IMG/VR virus record: IMGVR_UViG_2903468256_000002
Location: 1-64,000 of that record
Reading direction: 5' to 3' (one strand)
Length of the DNA: 64,000 nucleotides
Source of the DNA: a virus
Taxonomy: Duplodnaviria > Caudoviricetes
The position numbers and the translations under genes are program-made. The first letter of the stretch is position 1; every line of letters begins with the position of its first letter. The notes beneath the pieces are model-generated. The model saw only the letters and a program-made list of their open reading frames with translations. It had not been told where the DNA came from and did no database searches. Shown here one piece after another: positions 55,106-62,720 of this stretch.

Positions 55106-55170
55106 AGAGGAGTTCAAAATGAGCACGATTGCCCTGCAACCTTTGACCCCATTTTTATGTTTCCTTCGAC

Positions 55171-55347
55171 ATGAAACGTAACAAGGGTATCATCGCCTAC
55201 GGCACCGACGAGGACCGCGCCAAGCTCGCGGTTCTCTCCAGCCTGTCAGGCAAAACAGCCTCCGACTGGATTGTCCAGGAGGTCCGGAAACAATACGCCG
55301 CGGCTTTCGGCGAGACACCTCCTGAGCGCATCATAGCGCAGCAGTAG
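55171..55347 (+). CDS. 58-aa RHH-like protein missed by the ORF track
   Basis: MKRNKGIIAYGTDEDRAKLAVLSSLSGKTASDWIVQEVRKQY; GC3-rich. Confidence 0.55.
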   Translation: MKRNKGIIAYGTDEDRAKLAVLSSLSGKTASDWIVQEVRKQYAAAFGETPPERIIAQQ

Positions 55348-55399
55348 CACCGAACAAAACCTTGCGTCCGGCCTTATATTGGCTGGAGGTTTTCAGGGT

Positions 55400-55750
55400 A
55401 TGTTCATGTCTTCAGAAGAGCTCAAAGGTGTTGTCGTCAACGGCAAGGTCATCTCGGCCATTGTCGGCTGCATCAGTATCATCGGTGTGCTCTTCAGCTC
55501 GGTCGGCTATGTGACCTATCAAGGCTTCGAGCTCACCCAGGCCAAGGAAGACCTTGCCAAACTGGAGACGAAAGTCGACACCCAGGTGGCCAAGCTTCAG
55601 GCCCAACTCGAGGCCTCAAATCAACAGAGCCGTCAGGACTTCAAGCAGATCCTGGACCAGGTTCAAAACCTGACCGGTGAGGTCACCAAGCTGACGATCG
55701 CGGTGGGCAACGTCCAATACAAACAGGACAACACCCCTCCCAAGCAGTGA
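55400..55750 (+). CDS. Membrane-anchored coiled-coil protein (lysis cassette region)
   Basis: One TM segment then coiled coil; GGAGG SD. Confidence 0.65.
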   Translation: MFMSSEELKGVVVNGKVISAIVGCISIIGVLFSSVGYVTYQGFELTQAKEDLAKLETKVDTQVAKLQAQLEASNQQSRQDFKQILDQVQNLTGEVTKLTIAVGNVQYKQDNTPPKQ

Positions 55751-55807
55751 TGCACAGCGCAGCACAGCTGGCCAAACACCAGCTGGCTCCGGCCCCATAT
55801 AGGGGCC

Positions 55808-56038
55808 ATGAAGACGCGACTACACCCTGACTGGAAGAAGAAGCTGCGACACGCCTGGAGCGTGCGCTTCATCGCGCTCGCTGCCGTCCTGGCGGGCATG
55901 GAGGCGATGCTCCCGTATCTGCCGGCCTTCCTGACGCTCTCACCACAGGTGATGGGCGTCCTCACGGGTCTGGTCGTGGCCGGGGCCTTCATCAGCAACG
56001 TCTTCGTCAGCCAAAAGGTTTTCCGGGATGCCGATTAA
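55808..56038 (+). CDS. Holin-like protein
   Basis: DWKKKLRHAWSVRF plus two TM helices directly before the endolysin. Confidence 0.7.
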   Translation: MKTRLHPDWKKKLRHAWSVRFIALAAVLAGMEAMLPYLPAFLTLSPQVMGVLTGLVVAGAFISNVFVSQKVFRDAD

Positions 56039-56645
56039 CAAGATCAAATCGTCCGGCCGCGCCAAGGCCGCCATCGCAGCTGTGTTGGCGATCTCCACCA
56101 TGGCCAGCGGGGTCCTGATGGCCAAGAAGCCCGGTGAGGAGCCCATGCCGGCTGCCGTCACCCTGGCGGTGGACAATGCCATCATGCCGTGGGAGGGCCT
56201 GGTGCTTGCCTCGCACTGGGACAAGTTTTCGAAGCGGTATGACATCTGCCACGGTGATACGCTGATCAACGGCAAGCCCGTGGTCCCTGGTATGCGTTTT
56301 ACCAAGGAAGAATGCTACGAGATCCTGCTCCGGCGCGTCTACAACGACTATTACAAGCCGCTGACGAAGTGCATCGCTGACTTCGACAAGAAGCCGATCA
56401 CGCTCCAGGCGATGCTGATCTCCGGCGCCTACAATTTCGGCCCGAACGGCACCGCCAAGAAGCCTGGTGTCTGTCAGTCGACGGCTGCCCGATTGACCCG
56501 CCAGGGCGACTACCACGCTGCCTGTCTGGCGATGACCGTCTACAACAAGGCCGGCGGCAAGGTCGTTAAGGGCCTCGTCAACCGCCGCGAGATGGGCGAT
56601 GCCCAGCGCATAGGTGAGGCTGAACTCTGCGTGTCGGGGCTCTGA
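56028..56645 (+). CDS. GH24 lysozyme endolysin with possible SAR anchor
   Basis: PWEG...D...DICHGDT, SGAYNFG, YNKAGGKVVKGLVNRR; weakly hydrophobic N-terminus. Confidence 0.9.
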   Translation: MPINKIKSSGRAKAAIAAVLAISTMASGVLMAKKPGEEPMPAAVTLAVDNAIMPWEGLVLASHWDKFSKRYDICHGDTLINGKPVVPGMRFTKEECYEILLRRVYNDYYKPLTKCIADFDKKPITLQAMLISGAYNFGPNGTAKKPGVCQSTAARLTRQGDYHAACLAMTVYNKAGGKVVKGLVNRREMGDAQRIGEAELCVSGL

Positions 56646-56959
56646 TGCCGACCTGGTTGTCACTCCTGCTGCTCCGCGCCGCCGTCTGTGTTGGCATCTT
56701 CCTGGTCGGCGTCGGCTACGGCTGGACGAAATTCGAGAAGGCGGCCGAGATCGCCGGACTTAAAACCCAGATCACGCAGCTGCAAACCAACATCGCGATC
56801 CTTGAGGCCGACTCCAGCCAGGCTGTGGTCGATGCCGAGAAGCTCGCCCAATACGACAAGAACACAAAGGAGCAGCGTGATGCAATCACGCCTAAGCCGC
56901 GCACTACCTGTTTTGATGGTGATGCTGCTGACCGGCTGCGCAACCTCTGGAAAGGTTGA
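56645..56959 (+). CDS. Inner-membrane spanin (Rz-like)
   Basis: N-terminal TM, coiled coil, C-terminal TCFDGDA. Confidence 0.8.
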   Translation: MPTWLSLLLLRAAVCVGIFLVGVGYGWTKFEKAAEIAGLKTQITQLQTNIAILEADSSQAVVDAEKLAQYDKNTKEQRDAITPKPRTTCFDGDAADRLRNLWKG

Positions 56960-57191
56960 GCTGCCCAACGTCCCCGAGGACATTCGTCACTGCTTCGACA
57001 AGGAGGTCGGGCCGTTCCCGGCCGGCGTGTCGATCGACGACCTGATGGTCTTCGACAAGATCGACGAGTTCATCCGCTCGGACAAGACCAAGTCGGCCTG
57101 CGGGAAGCGCCTGATCGCGATCGTGGATGCGGCCCACGATCCGAAGATCCTGGCCAAGCTGTTGCGCGAGACTCCGCCACGCACTAAATAG
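56880..57191 (+). CDS. Outer-membrane lipoprotein spanin (Rz1-like)
   Basis: LLTG|C lipobox; overlaps Rz; AAGGAG SD. Confidence 0.8.
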   Translation: MQSRLSRALPVLMVMLLTGCATSGKVELPNVPEDIRHCFDKEVGPFPAGVSIDDLMVFDKIDEFIRSDKTKSACGKRLIAIVDAAHDPKILAKLLRETPPRTK

Positions 57192-57216
57192 GTCTTCCTA
57201 TAGTATCGGGGGGCCC

Positions 57217-57510
57217 ATGAAGAAGCTTATCGTCGCAGTCGCCATTCTCGCCGCGGGCACGGGCCTCGCGTTCGCCGTCAAAGGATCTGGGCCGACCCAG
57301 CAGCAGATCGAGGATGGTATAGCCGGCACCTGGAACGTCCAGCAGGTGGCCTCGTCCTCCTGGGACGATGACAAGCTGATGGTCCTGGTCTCCTGGAAGG
57401 ATCTCACGAAGGGCAACTCGGCTGCGGACCAGCTCTGCCAGACCTTCCCCGTCAGCTCGATCGTCTGGGACGACAAGCTGGGCGAGCCTCACTCACACCA
57501 CTGCAAGTGA
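57217..57510 (+). CDS. Exported hypothetical protein
   Basis: Signal peptide MKKLIVAVAILAAGTGLAFA; Cys pair. Confidence 0.65.
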   Translation: MKKLIVAVAILAAGTGLAFAVKGSGPTQQQIEDGIAGTWNVQQVASSSWDDDKLMVLVSWKDLTKGNSAADQLCQTFPVSSIVWDDKLGEPHSHHCK

Positions 57511-57520
57511 AAAGGGCTGA

Positions 57521-57787
57521 TCAGAGAAGACTTAGCTCTGGGTCGCTCATCGTTCTACTATCAACCACTAAAACAATGGCGGGGGTTCCCCCGATTGGAT
57601 CGGCAGGCCTGAAGTAACGCTTCTTCACTGAGTGCATTTTCTGACCGGTCGAGTAGGGCGGAAGCATAATTACATCACCGATGTTGGGGATGTCTCCGAA
57701 ATCGGATGCTAGATGACTTTCACTGTAATGGAGATGGCCGTGCTCATCCTCAGTGAAAAAAGCTAGGGTGACGGGTTTGTTGGGCAT
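57521..57787 (-). CDS. Low-GC hypothetical protein (moron)
   Basis: GDIPNIGDVI...VKKRYF pattern; lower GC than flanks. Confidence 0.55.
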   Translation of the reverse strand: MPNKPVTLAFFTEDEHGHLHYSESHLASDFGDIPNIGDVIMLPPYSTGQKMHSVKKRYFRPADPIGGTPAIVLVVDSRTMSDPELSLL

Positions 57788-57847
57788 TTCTATCTGTTGC
57801 CTGTTTAGGGATTGTTTCGAGCCATACCTGCTAAACCCCCAATTGAA

Positions 57848-57869
57848 AAGGGCCGCTGACGCGGCCCTT
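57848..57869 (-). terminator. Terminator after nrdJ
   Basis: AAGGGCCGC-TGAC-GCGGCCCTT with U-tract on the - strand. Confidence 0.75.
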
Positions 57870-57876
57870 CCATTTC

Positions 57877-60288
57877 TCACTTGTTGAAGTCGACGGGACA
57901 CGCCCCGCCGGCGCAGTCGATGTGGACCTTGTCTACGTCCTCGGCCATCTGCTCGTTGATGGACGCCACGATCGCCTCGTAGCGCGCCTTGGTGAGCGGC
58001 TCCTCCGGCTGGTACTCGTAGGACAGGGTGTCGACCTGGGGCAGGACCGACACGGCGCGCACCAGATCGATGTTGCGGTCCATGACCTTCGAGTATTCCT
58101 TGAAGCTGACCTTCTTGGGATCGTATTTGAGGGTGTAGGAGACCTGGTTGCCGCCCTCGCGGCCGATCCAGAACGTCTCAAGCAGGCGGAGCCAGCGGAA
58201 CTGCTCCTCCATCGTGGCCTCGCCGGCCGTGGTGACCTCTGGCATACCCATGCTGCAGATGACCGGCGCCGTGGGGAAGCCGATGATCGTCGTACCCTTG
58301 TAGCTCTGGAGCTCGCGGGTGGGGTATCCCTTGGCGGCGTACTCGGCCACCAGCGGGTCGTCAGAGCGGAACTGCACCCAGCGGAGGTATTCCCGCAGCG
58401 GAGGCAGGTGAGCGCCCTCGGTGAGGCCAAACAGCTTGCTGGTCGTGCCGGCGGGCTTGATGGTCCTGCGCGTGTGGGGGAACGCCACGCCGAGATCCGC
58501 GCAATAGGTGCCGGCCTCTTCGTCGACGATGTTGGCCAGCTCCTTCATGCGGAGCCAAAACGGCATCGAGCGGATGCTGGGCGCCGTCATTTGGTTGCCG
58601 TTGGCATCCTGGATCTGGATGCCGTCACCATCCATGGCGATCAGATCCTTGAAGGTCAGCCCGTACCGCTTCCAGGCCCACTCCAGGATGCCCGTCAACG
58701 AGACACCGATGCGGTTCGTGCGCGTGACCTCCTGCTGGTAGATGGAGGGCATCAGGTTGGTTCGGATAAGGGCGCGGGAGATATGGCGCACCGCCTGTTC
58801 TTCCTCCCGGCTGTCGCCGGCATGGAAGAGGGCCAGGTCGCCGATCACGCAGAAGCCGCCCAGGATGAAGAGGACGATCTCACCGCAGGGGTTAACGATG
58901 AACTGATAGGGGTGATCGATGATGAGCTCGGCCAGGGCGAGCTGCATCTCGCGCATGACGTCGCCACCGAACTTGGCGAATGGGTAGACCAGATAGCGGT
59001 CGATGTCGGCCTTGTTGGCAGTGAGCTTCGAGACGTTGAGGAAGCCGGTCTCGCCAGTCTTGTCGTGGTACTGGCGGCGCTGCATCTGGGCGTTGAGGAT
59101 GTAGGCCTTCTGCTCGAGCCCGGTCAGGGCAATGCCGTTACGCAGCATGTGCCTGGCCCTGCGGAGGCACTCGTAGAACTCGTCGTCGACCGCCACGGAG
59201 TTGTTGGAGGACCAGAGGAACGAGCCGTATTGCGGGAGGCCCGCCATAGCGTCGACCTCGTCCCAGCTCCGGCCAAGGAACTCGATCGGCCGCTTCAGGT
59301 CGATGAACTCGAGGATGTCCTTGTCTTTCCAGAACTTGGTCGCTATGCGCGCAGCACGGCGGGCGCCGCCGACGAGAACGCATTCGGCCAGATAGTGGTC
59401 GGCGAACATCGCAGCCTTCCAGCTGGCTATGTTCAGGCCACGCAGGCGAGCCACATTGGCGATGGCACCCATGAGCGGGCCCGGGCCGGAGGCCGGCCGG
59501 TTCTGCATGCCCTTGATCGGCTCACCGAAGCCGCGAACCTCGGTGAAGTCGAGGATGAGGACGTGCTCGGTCAGGCCCTTGTAGGTGGCGACCTCGATCT
59601 CCTCGACGGACTTCGCCCAACCCTCACGGCTGTCGCCGACCATGTGGTAGATCGTCTTCTCGCCGGCATAGAGGTGCATGGCCTCGCGCGGGGTCATGTA
59701 GCCGGTGATCCGGCCAGAGAGGACGTCGGGGTGGGTGTTGTCGATCACGCAGACCACGCGGGGCTGCTTGGTCCAATCGACCAGCATCAGGGCGTCGTCG
59801 TAGCTCGATCCCACGCCGGAGCCCGAGAGCAGCAGCTGGAAGGTCATGGCGCGGAACATCGCGGTGGAGCAGTTGGTGAAGACCTCCATCGGGCGGTCCT
59901 TCTGCCGGATGTCGCCGTGCTGGAGATGCCGGCCGGACATCAGGATTGTTCCCTGCGCGATATGGTAGTTGAGCGGATCCAGGTCGTAGCAGTGTGGGTC
60001 GAGTGAGGCGTTGCCCTCGGCCACGCGTAGGGCGACGTCAGCCCAGGTCTCGCGCCGGGTGTCCGGCTTGCAGCCCATAAATGGTGCTTTGGGATCGTCG
60101 ACGATCTTAATCAGGGGGAAGGTAAGGCTCAACGCAGACCACCAGGCTTTGTAGTCGGGGTCTTGTGGGTTGAGGTGGGAGCTCTTCCGATCGGCAAGGC
60201 GGGCCTTGGCTTCGTCGGTGAGAATGAGACGGGCGACAGTGCGTTCTGCCACACCCTGGCCCATTCCTGGCAAGAAATCTCGGGACAT
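57877..60288 (-). CDS. nrdJ: Class II adenosylcobalamin-dependent ribonucleotide reductase
   Basis: FTNCS, VLVGGARRAA, NPCGEI, TIKPAGTTS, C-terminal DCAGGACPV. Confidence 0.92.
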   Translation of the reverse strand: MSRDFLPGMGQGVAERTVARLILTDEAKARLADRKSSHLNPQDPDYKAWWSALSLTFPLIKIVDDPKAPFMGCKPDTRRETWADVALRVAEGNASLDPHCYDLDPLNYHIAQGTILMSGRHLQHGDIRQKDRPMEVFTNCSTAMFRAMTFQLLLSGSGVGSSYDDALMLVDWTKQPRVVCVIDNTHPDVLSGRITGYMTPREAMHLYAGEKTIYHMVGDSREGWAKSVEEIEVATYKGLTEHVLILDFTEVRGFGEPIKGMQNRPASGPGPLMGAIANVARLRGLNIASWKAAMFADHYLAECVLVGGARRAARIATKFWKDKDILEFIDLKRPIEFLGRSWDEVDAMAGLPQYGSFLWSSNNSVAVDDEFYECLRRARHMLRNGIALTGLEQKAYILNAQMQRRQYHDKTGETGFLNVSKLTANKADIDRYLVYPFAKFGGDVMREMQLALAELIIDHPYQFIVNPCGEIVLFILGGFCVIGDLALFHAGDSREEEQAVRHISRALIRTNLMPSIYQQEVTRTNRIGVSLTGILEWAWKRYGLTFKDLIAMDGDGIQIQDANGNQMTAPSIRSMPFWLRMKELANIVDEEAGTYCADLGVAFPHTRRTIKPAGTTSKLFGLTEGAHLPPLREYLRWVQFRSDDPLVAEYAAKGYPTRELQSYKGTTIIGFPTAPVICSMGMPEVTTAGEATMEEQFRWLRLLETFWIGREGGNQVSYTLKYDPKKVSFKEYSKVMDRNIDLVRAVSVLPQVDTLSYEYQPEEPLTKARYEAIVASINEQMAEDVDKVHIDCAGGACPVDFNK

Positions 60289-60322
60289 AAAAAACCTCTC
60301 AGTTCGGTAGGAACTGAGAGGT
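60289..60322 (-). promoter_or_regulatory. Terminator-like hairpin sequestering the nrdJ SD
   Basis: - strand ACCTCTCAGTTC-CTACC-GAACTGAGAGG-TTTTTT-ATG. Confidence 0.6.
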
Positions 60323-60326
60323 AGGA

Positions 60327-60342
60327 AATCAAAATCTTGTAT
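60327..60342. promoter_or_regulatory. Candidate NrdR box
   Basis: - strand ATACAAGATTTTGATT matches the strongly conserved positions of acaCwAtATaTwGtgt; just upstream of nrdJ. Confidence 0.4.
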
Positions 60343-60373
60343 GTGAGTGATGCGTTTTGCTCACCCTATAGTA

Positions 60374-60943
60374 TCAGAACTTTTTGCCGTGGATGCCCTT
60401 GCGGTGTTCGACGGTGTGGTCCTTCCTGACCTTGTTGAAGGCCGTCTTCTCATGATAGGCGCCGTTCAGGTCGTAGTTCCATTTGCGAGCGTACTCCTGG
60501 ATGCGCTCCAGCGTGTTGTAGAGCTGCTCGCCAATCGCCTTCTTGATCTCGGGGAAATAATCGCCGTCGTTCGCGCAGAAATCCCCCAGCTCCGCGACCA
60601 TCTTCGAGATATCGAAGAGAGCTGCACCCTTGTTGTCAGACAACGGGTAGTCGGGGTCGTTGTTGCCCTGCCGGATGTCGTAGCCATACGCGCCGGCGAA
60701 GTCACCCAGCCGGATGACGGCGTCGACCAGCTCGACCTCGGCCGCGGGGCGATGAGGCAGCTTGTCGTCCATCAGGTTCTTGCGCTCGCCTTCCATCGCC
60801 TCGGCGATCTCGGAAACGACGAGCATCAGCAGCTCGTCCTTTTCGCGGTCAAGGCGCGCGCCGGTCTCCAGATCGTGCCACCATTTGGCGTTGTTCTGGT
60901 GGCATTCGTAGGCGAGTTGGTTGTAAGAAAGTCCGTTGATCAT
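60374..60943 (-). CDS. MazG-like NTP pyrophosphatase
   Basis: LLMLVVSEIAEAMEGERK...EVELVDAVIRLGD; HEKTAFN..RKDH. Confidence 0.8.
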   Translation of the reverse strand: MINGLSYNQLAYECHQNNAKWWHDLETGARLDREKDELLMLVVSEIAEAMEGERKNLMDDKLPHRPAAEVELVDAVIRLGDFAGAYGYDIRQGNNDPDYPLSDNKGAALFDISKMVAELGDFCANDGDYFPEIKKAIGEQLYNTLERIQEYARKWNYDLNGAYHEKTAFNKVRKDHTVEHRKGIHGKKF

Positions 60944-61137
60944 TCGAAGCCTCGTTTGATAAGCGCTGCCACCACAATGCCTGTCCAGGCACCGGCGGCG
61001 AGCGCGGGGTTCTGCATGTCGAAGGGGGAGGGAAAGGTGAGCCACAGGCCGTACGCGATGACGCCGGCCAGTGGGGGCACCACGATCATGGCGATGAGCG
61101 CCGTAATCGTGGTGAAGATCTCAACGACCTTGTTCAC
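60940..61137 (-). CDS. Small two-TM membrane protein
   Basis: Two hydrophobic segments; coupled. Confidence 0.6.
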   Translation of the reverse strand: MNKVVEIFTTITALIAMIVVPPLAGVIAYGLWLTFPSPFDMQNPALAAGAWTGIVVAALIKRGFE

Positions 61138-61727
61138 AGCGGCGGATTGTACGGCCAGGGTGGGAAGCTGCCGTCCATCGCGACGAAGCCGTCGAAGGCG
61201 ACCGAGCCCTCCACGATGGGGATCTCCGTGCCGATCGGCGCGTCGTTGACGGGCGGTTCGCCCATCAGGTTCCGCACGGTCTCTTCCGAGATCTCATCCA
61301 AGGCGATTGTGACCTTGAGCTCGTCCTGCTGGCGCTGACGGAGACGCTCCTTGTGGACCGCCTTCAGGCGCTCGACCCATTCCTCTCCCTGGTGCAGGAG
61401 ATCGGCCTCGACCGGCGAGTGCCGGCGGTTGTCGATCAGCGTGCCGTGGGCCGCTGCGTCGATCAGGATCGTGCAGCACGCCATGACGGCGCCCAGGTTC
61501 TTGACCAGGGTGTCGCGGGTCAGTTCCTCGCCGACCTTGTAGAGCTCCAGATGCCTGAGCGCTGCCTCGACATAGGTCATTGCCTCGACCTGGGTGTCGC
61601 GCCAGTTGTGGGGGTCGTACTTCAGGAGACCGTCGTAGAGGGCCTCCATGCAGGCGAGCTTGGCCGAGAGCGGGAAGTAGCCGAGCGGTGGCTTCTTGTC
61701 GCCGAAGGCTTGCTTGGGATTAGACAT
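61134..61727 (-). CDS. dATP/dGTP diphosphohydrolase (DUF5664-like)
   Basis: NPKQAFGDKKPPL...GLLKYDPHNWRD...YVEAALRHL...NLGAVMAC. Confidence 0.85.
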   Translation of the reverse strand: MSNPKQAFGDKKPPLGYFPLSAKLACMEALYDGLLKYDPHNWRDTQVEAMTYVEAALRHLELYKVGEELTRDTLVKNLGAVMACCTILIDAAAHGTLIDNRRHSPVEADLLHQGEEWVERLKAVHKERLRQRQQDELKVTIALDEISEETVRNLMGEPPVNDAPIGTEIPIVEGSVAFDGFVAMDGSFPPWPYNPPL

Positions 61728-62323
61728 CAGAGCACCTCCGCCAGAGTGTCGATCCAGGTGACCATGTCGTCCCCGATCTCGTGGGGGTTCACGACGAATG
61801 CCCTGTGGGCCCCGATCTCGTGCTTCCTGTTGTGGGGCCGTCGCAAGATGAACGTCTTGTGACCAGCGGCTTGACCGATGAGGGCGTTCTTGTAGTTGTC
61901 CTCGATCCAGATGCCAGGGCGCAGAACCTCAAGCCACTGGGACTTGGACTGGCCGAGAGGCAGGCAGATCACACGCGGAAAGACATCGCCGAAGCAGTCC
62001 CTGAGGTTCTTGACCCGGAGATCAACAATGTTTGGATCGTCCGAGCAGCTGGTGAGGACCGTCAGGGTGTGTCCCTCGTCCTTCAGTTGCCTGACCATTT
62101 CCAGAGCGTCATCGTACGGCTTCAGCTGACCGAAGGCCGGGGACGAGTTGAAGACCTCGATCAAGCGGAGCGTTGCCGCGTCTTCGATACCAATCCACTC
62201 AGCCATGGACCAATCACGCGGCCTTGGCTCGGCAGGTGCATGTCCAATCCCCACGAGGAAATCGCGGAAACCCCCGACCCAGTCGAGCAGTACGTCGTCG
62301 CAATCAAAGATGAAGTGCTTCAT
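61727..62323 (-). CDS. HAD-family 5'(3')-deoxyribonucleotidase
   Basis: FIFDCDDVLLDW (DxD), VLTS, SK, WIEDN. Confidence 0.85.
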   Translation of the reverse strand: MKHFIFDCDDVLLDWVGGFRDFLVGIGHAPAEPRPRDWSMAEWIGIEDAATLRLIEVFNSSPAFGQLKPYDDALEMVRQLKDEGHTLTVLTSCSDDPNIVDLRVKNLRDCFGDVFPRVICLPLGQSKSQWLEVLRPGIWIEDNYKNALIGQAAGHKTFILRRPHNRKHEIGAHRAFVVNPHEIGDDMVTWIDTLAEVL

Positions 62324-62327
62324 GGCA

Positions 62328-62720
62328 TTAGCTCCCATGGAAGAACCTCCGCGGCGCGGTGGGTCGACGGCGGGGGATCAGGTACTGGACGACCCAGCCC
62401 TGGTCGATCGACTGGCACATCTCGTGGGTGCCCTGATCGAACTTGTGACGGGCGTCCTTCAACACCTCGTCGAACTCTGCTGTCCATTCGGTGCCGCAAC
62501 GCTTGATCGCGACAACGTACTGGCGTGCATGGGGCCGGCCGAGCTCCTTGATGTCGTCCGGGCGCGGGCATGCAGGCGGGAGGGTGGAGATTGCTGTTGG
62601 GCCGTAGCGGGCCACCAGCGAGTGGTACGGGAGACCCAGACGACGGGCGACCATCGATAGATTGCCGCCCGTCTTCCGGATCTCCTCTTCAACTAGTCCG
62701 TCAATTAATGTTCTTTTCAT
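62328..62720 (-). CDS. Fis-type HTH protein
   Basis: EEIRKTGGNLSMVARRLGL. Confidence 0.6.
   Translation of the reverse strand: MKRTLIDGLVEEEIRKTGGNLSMVARRLGLPYHSLVARYGPTAISTLPPACPRPDDIKELGRPHARQYVVAIKRCGTEWTAEFDEVLKDARHKFDQGTHEMCQSIDQGWVVQYLIPRRRPTAPRRFFHGS

Noticed and set aside
56028-56645. Asp in place of the T4-lysozyme catalytic Thr (YDICHG)
   Set aside because: I recall this variant as common in related lysozymes; not distinctive on its own
57922-60006. 694-aa + strand ORF
   Set aside because: Shadow of nrdJ
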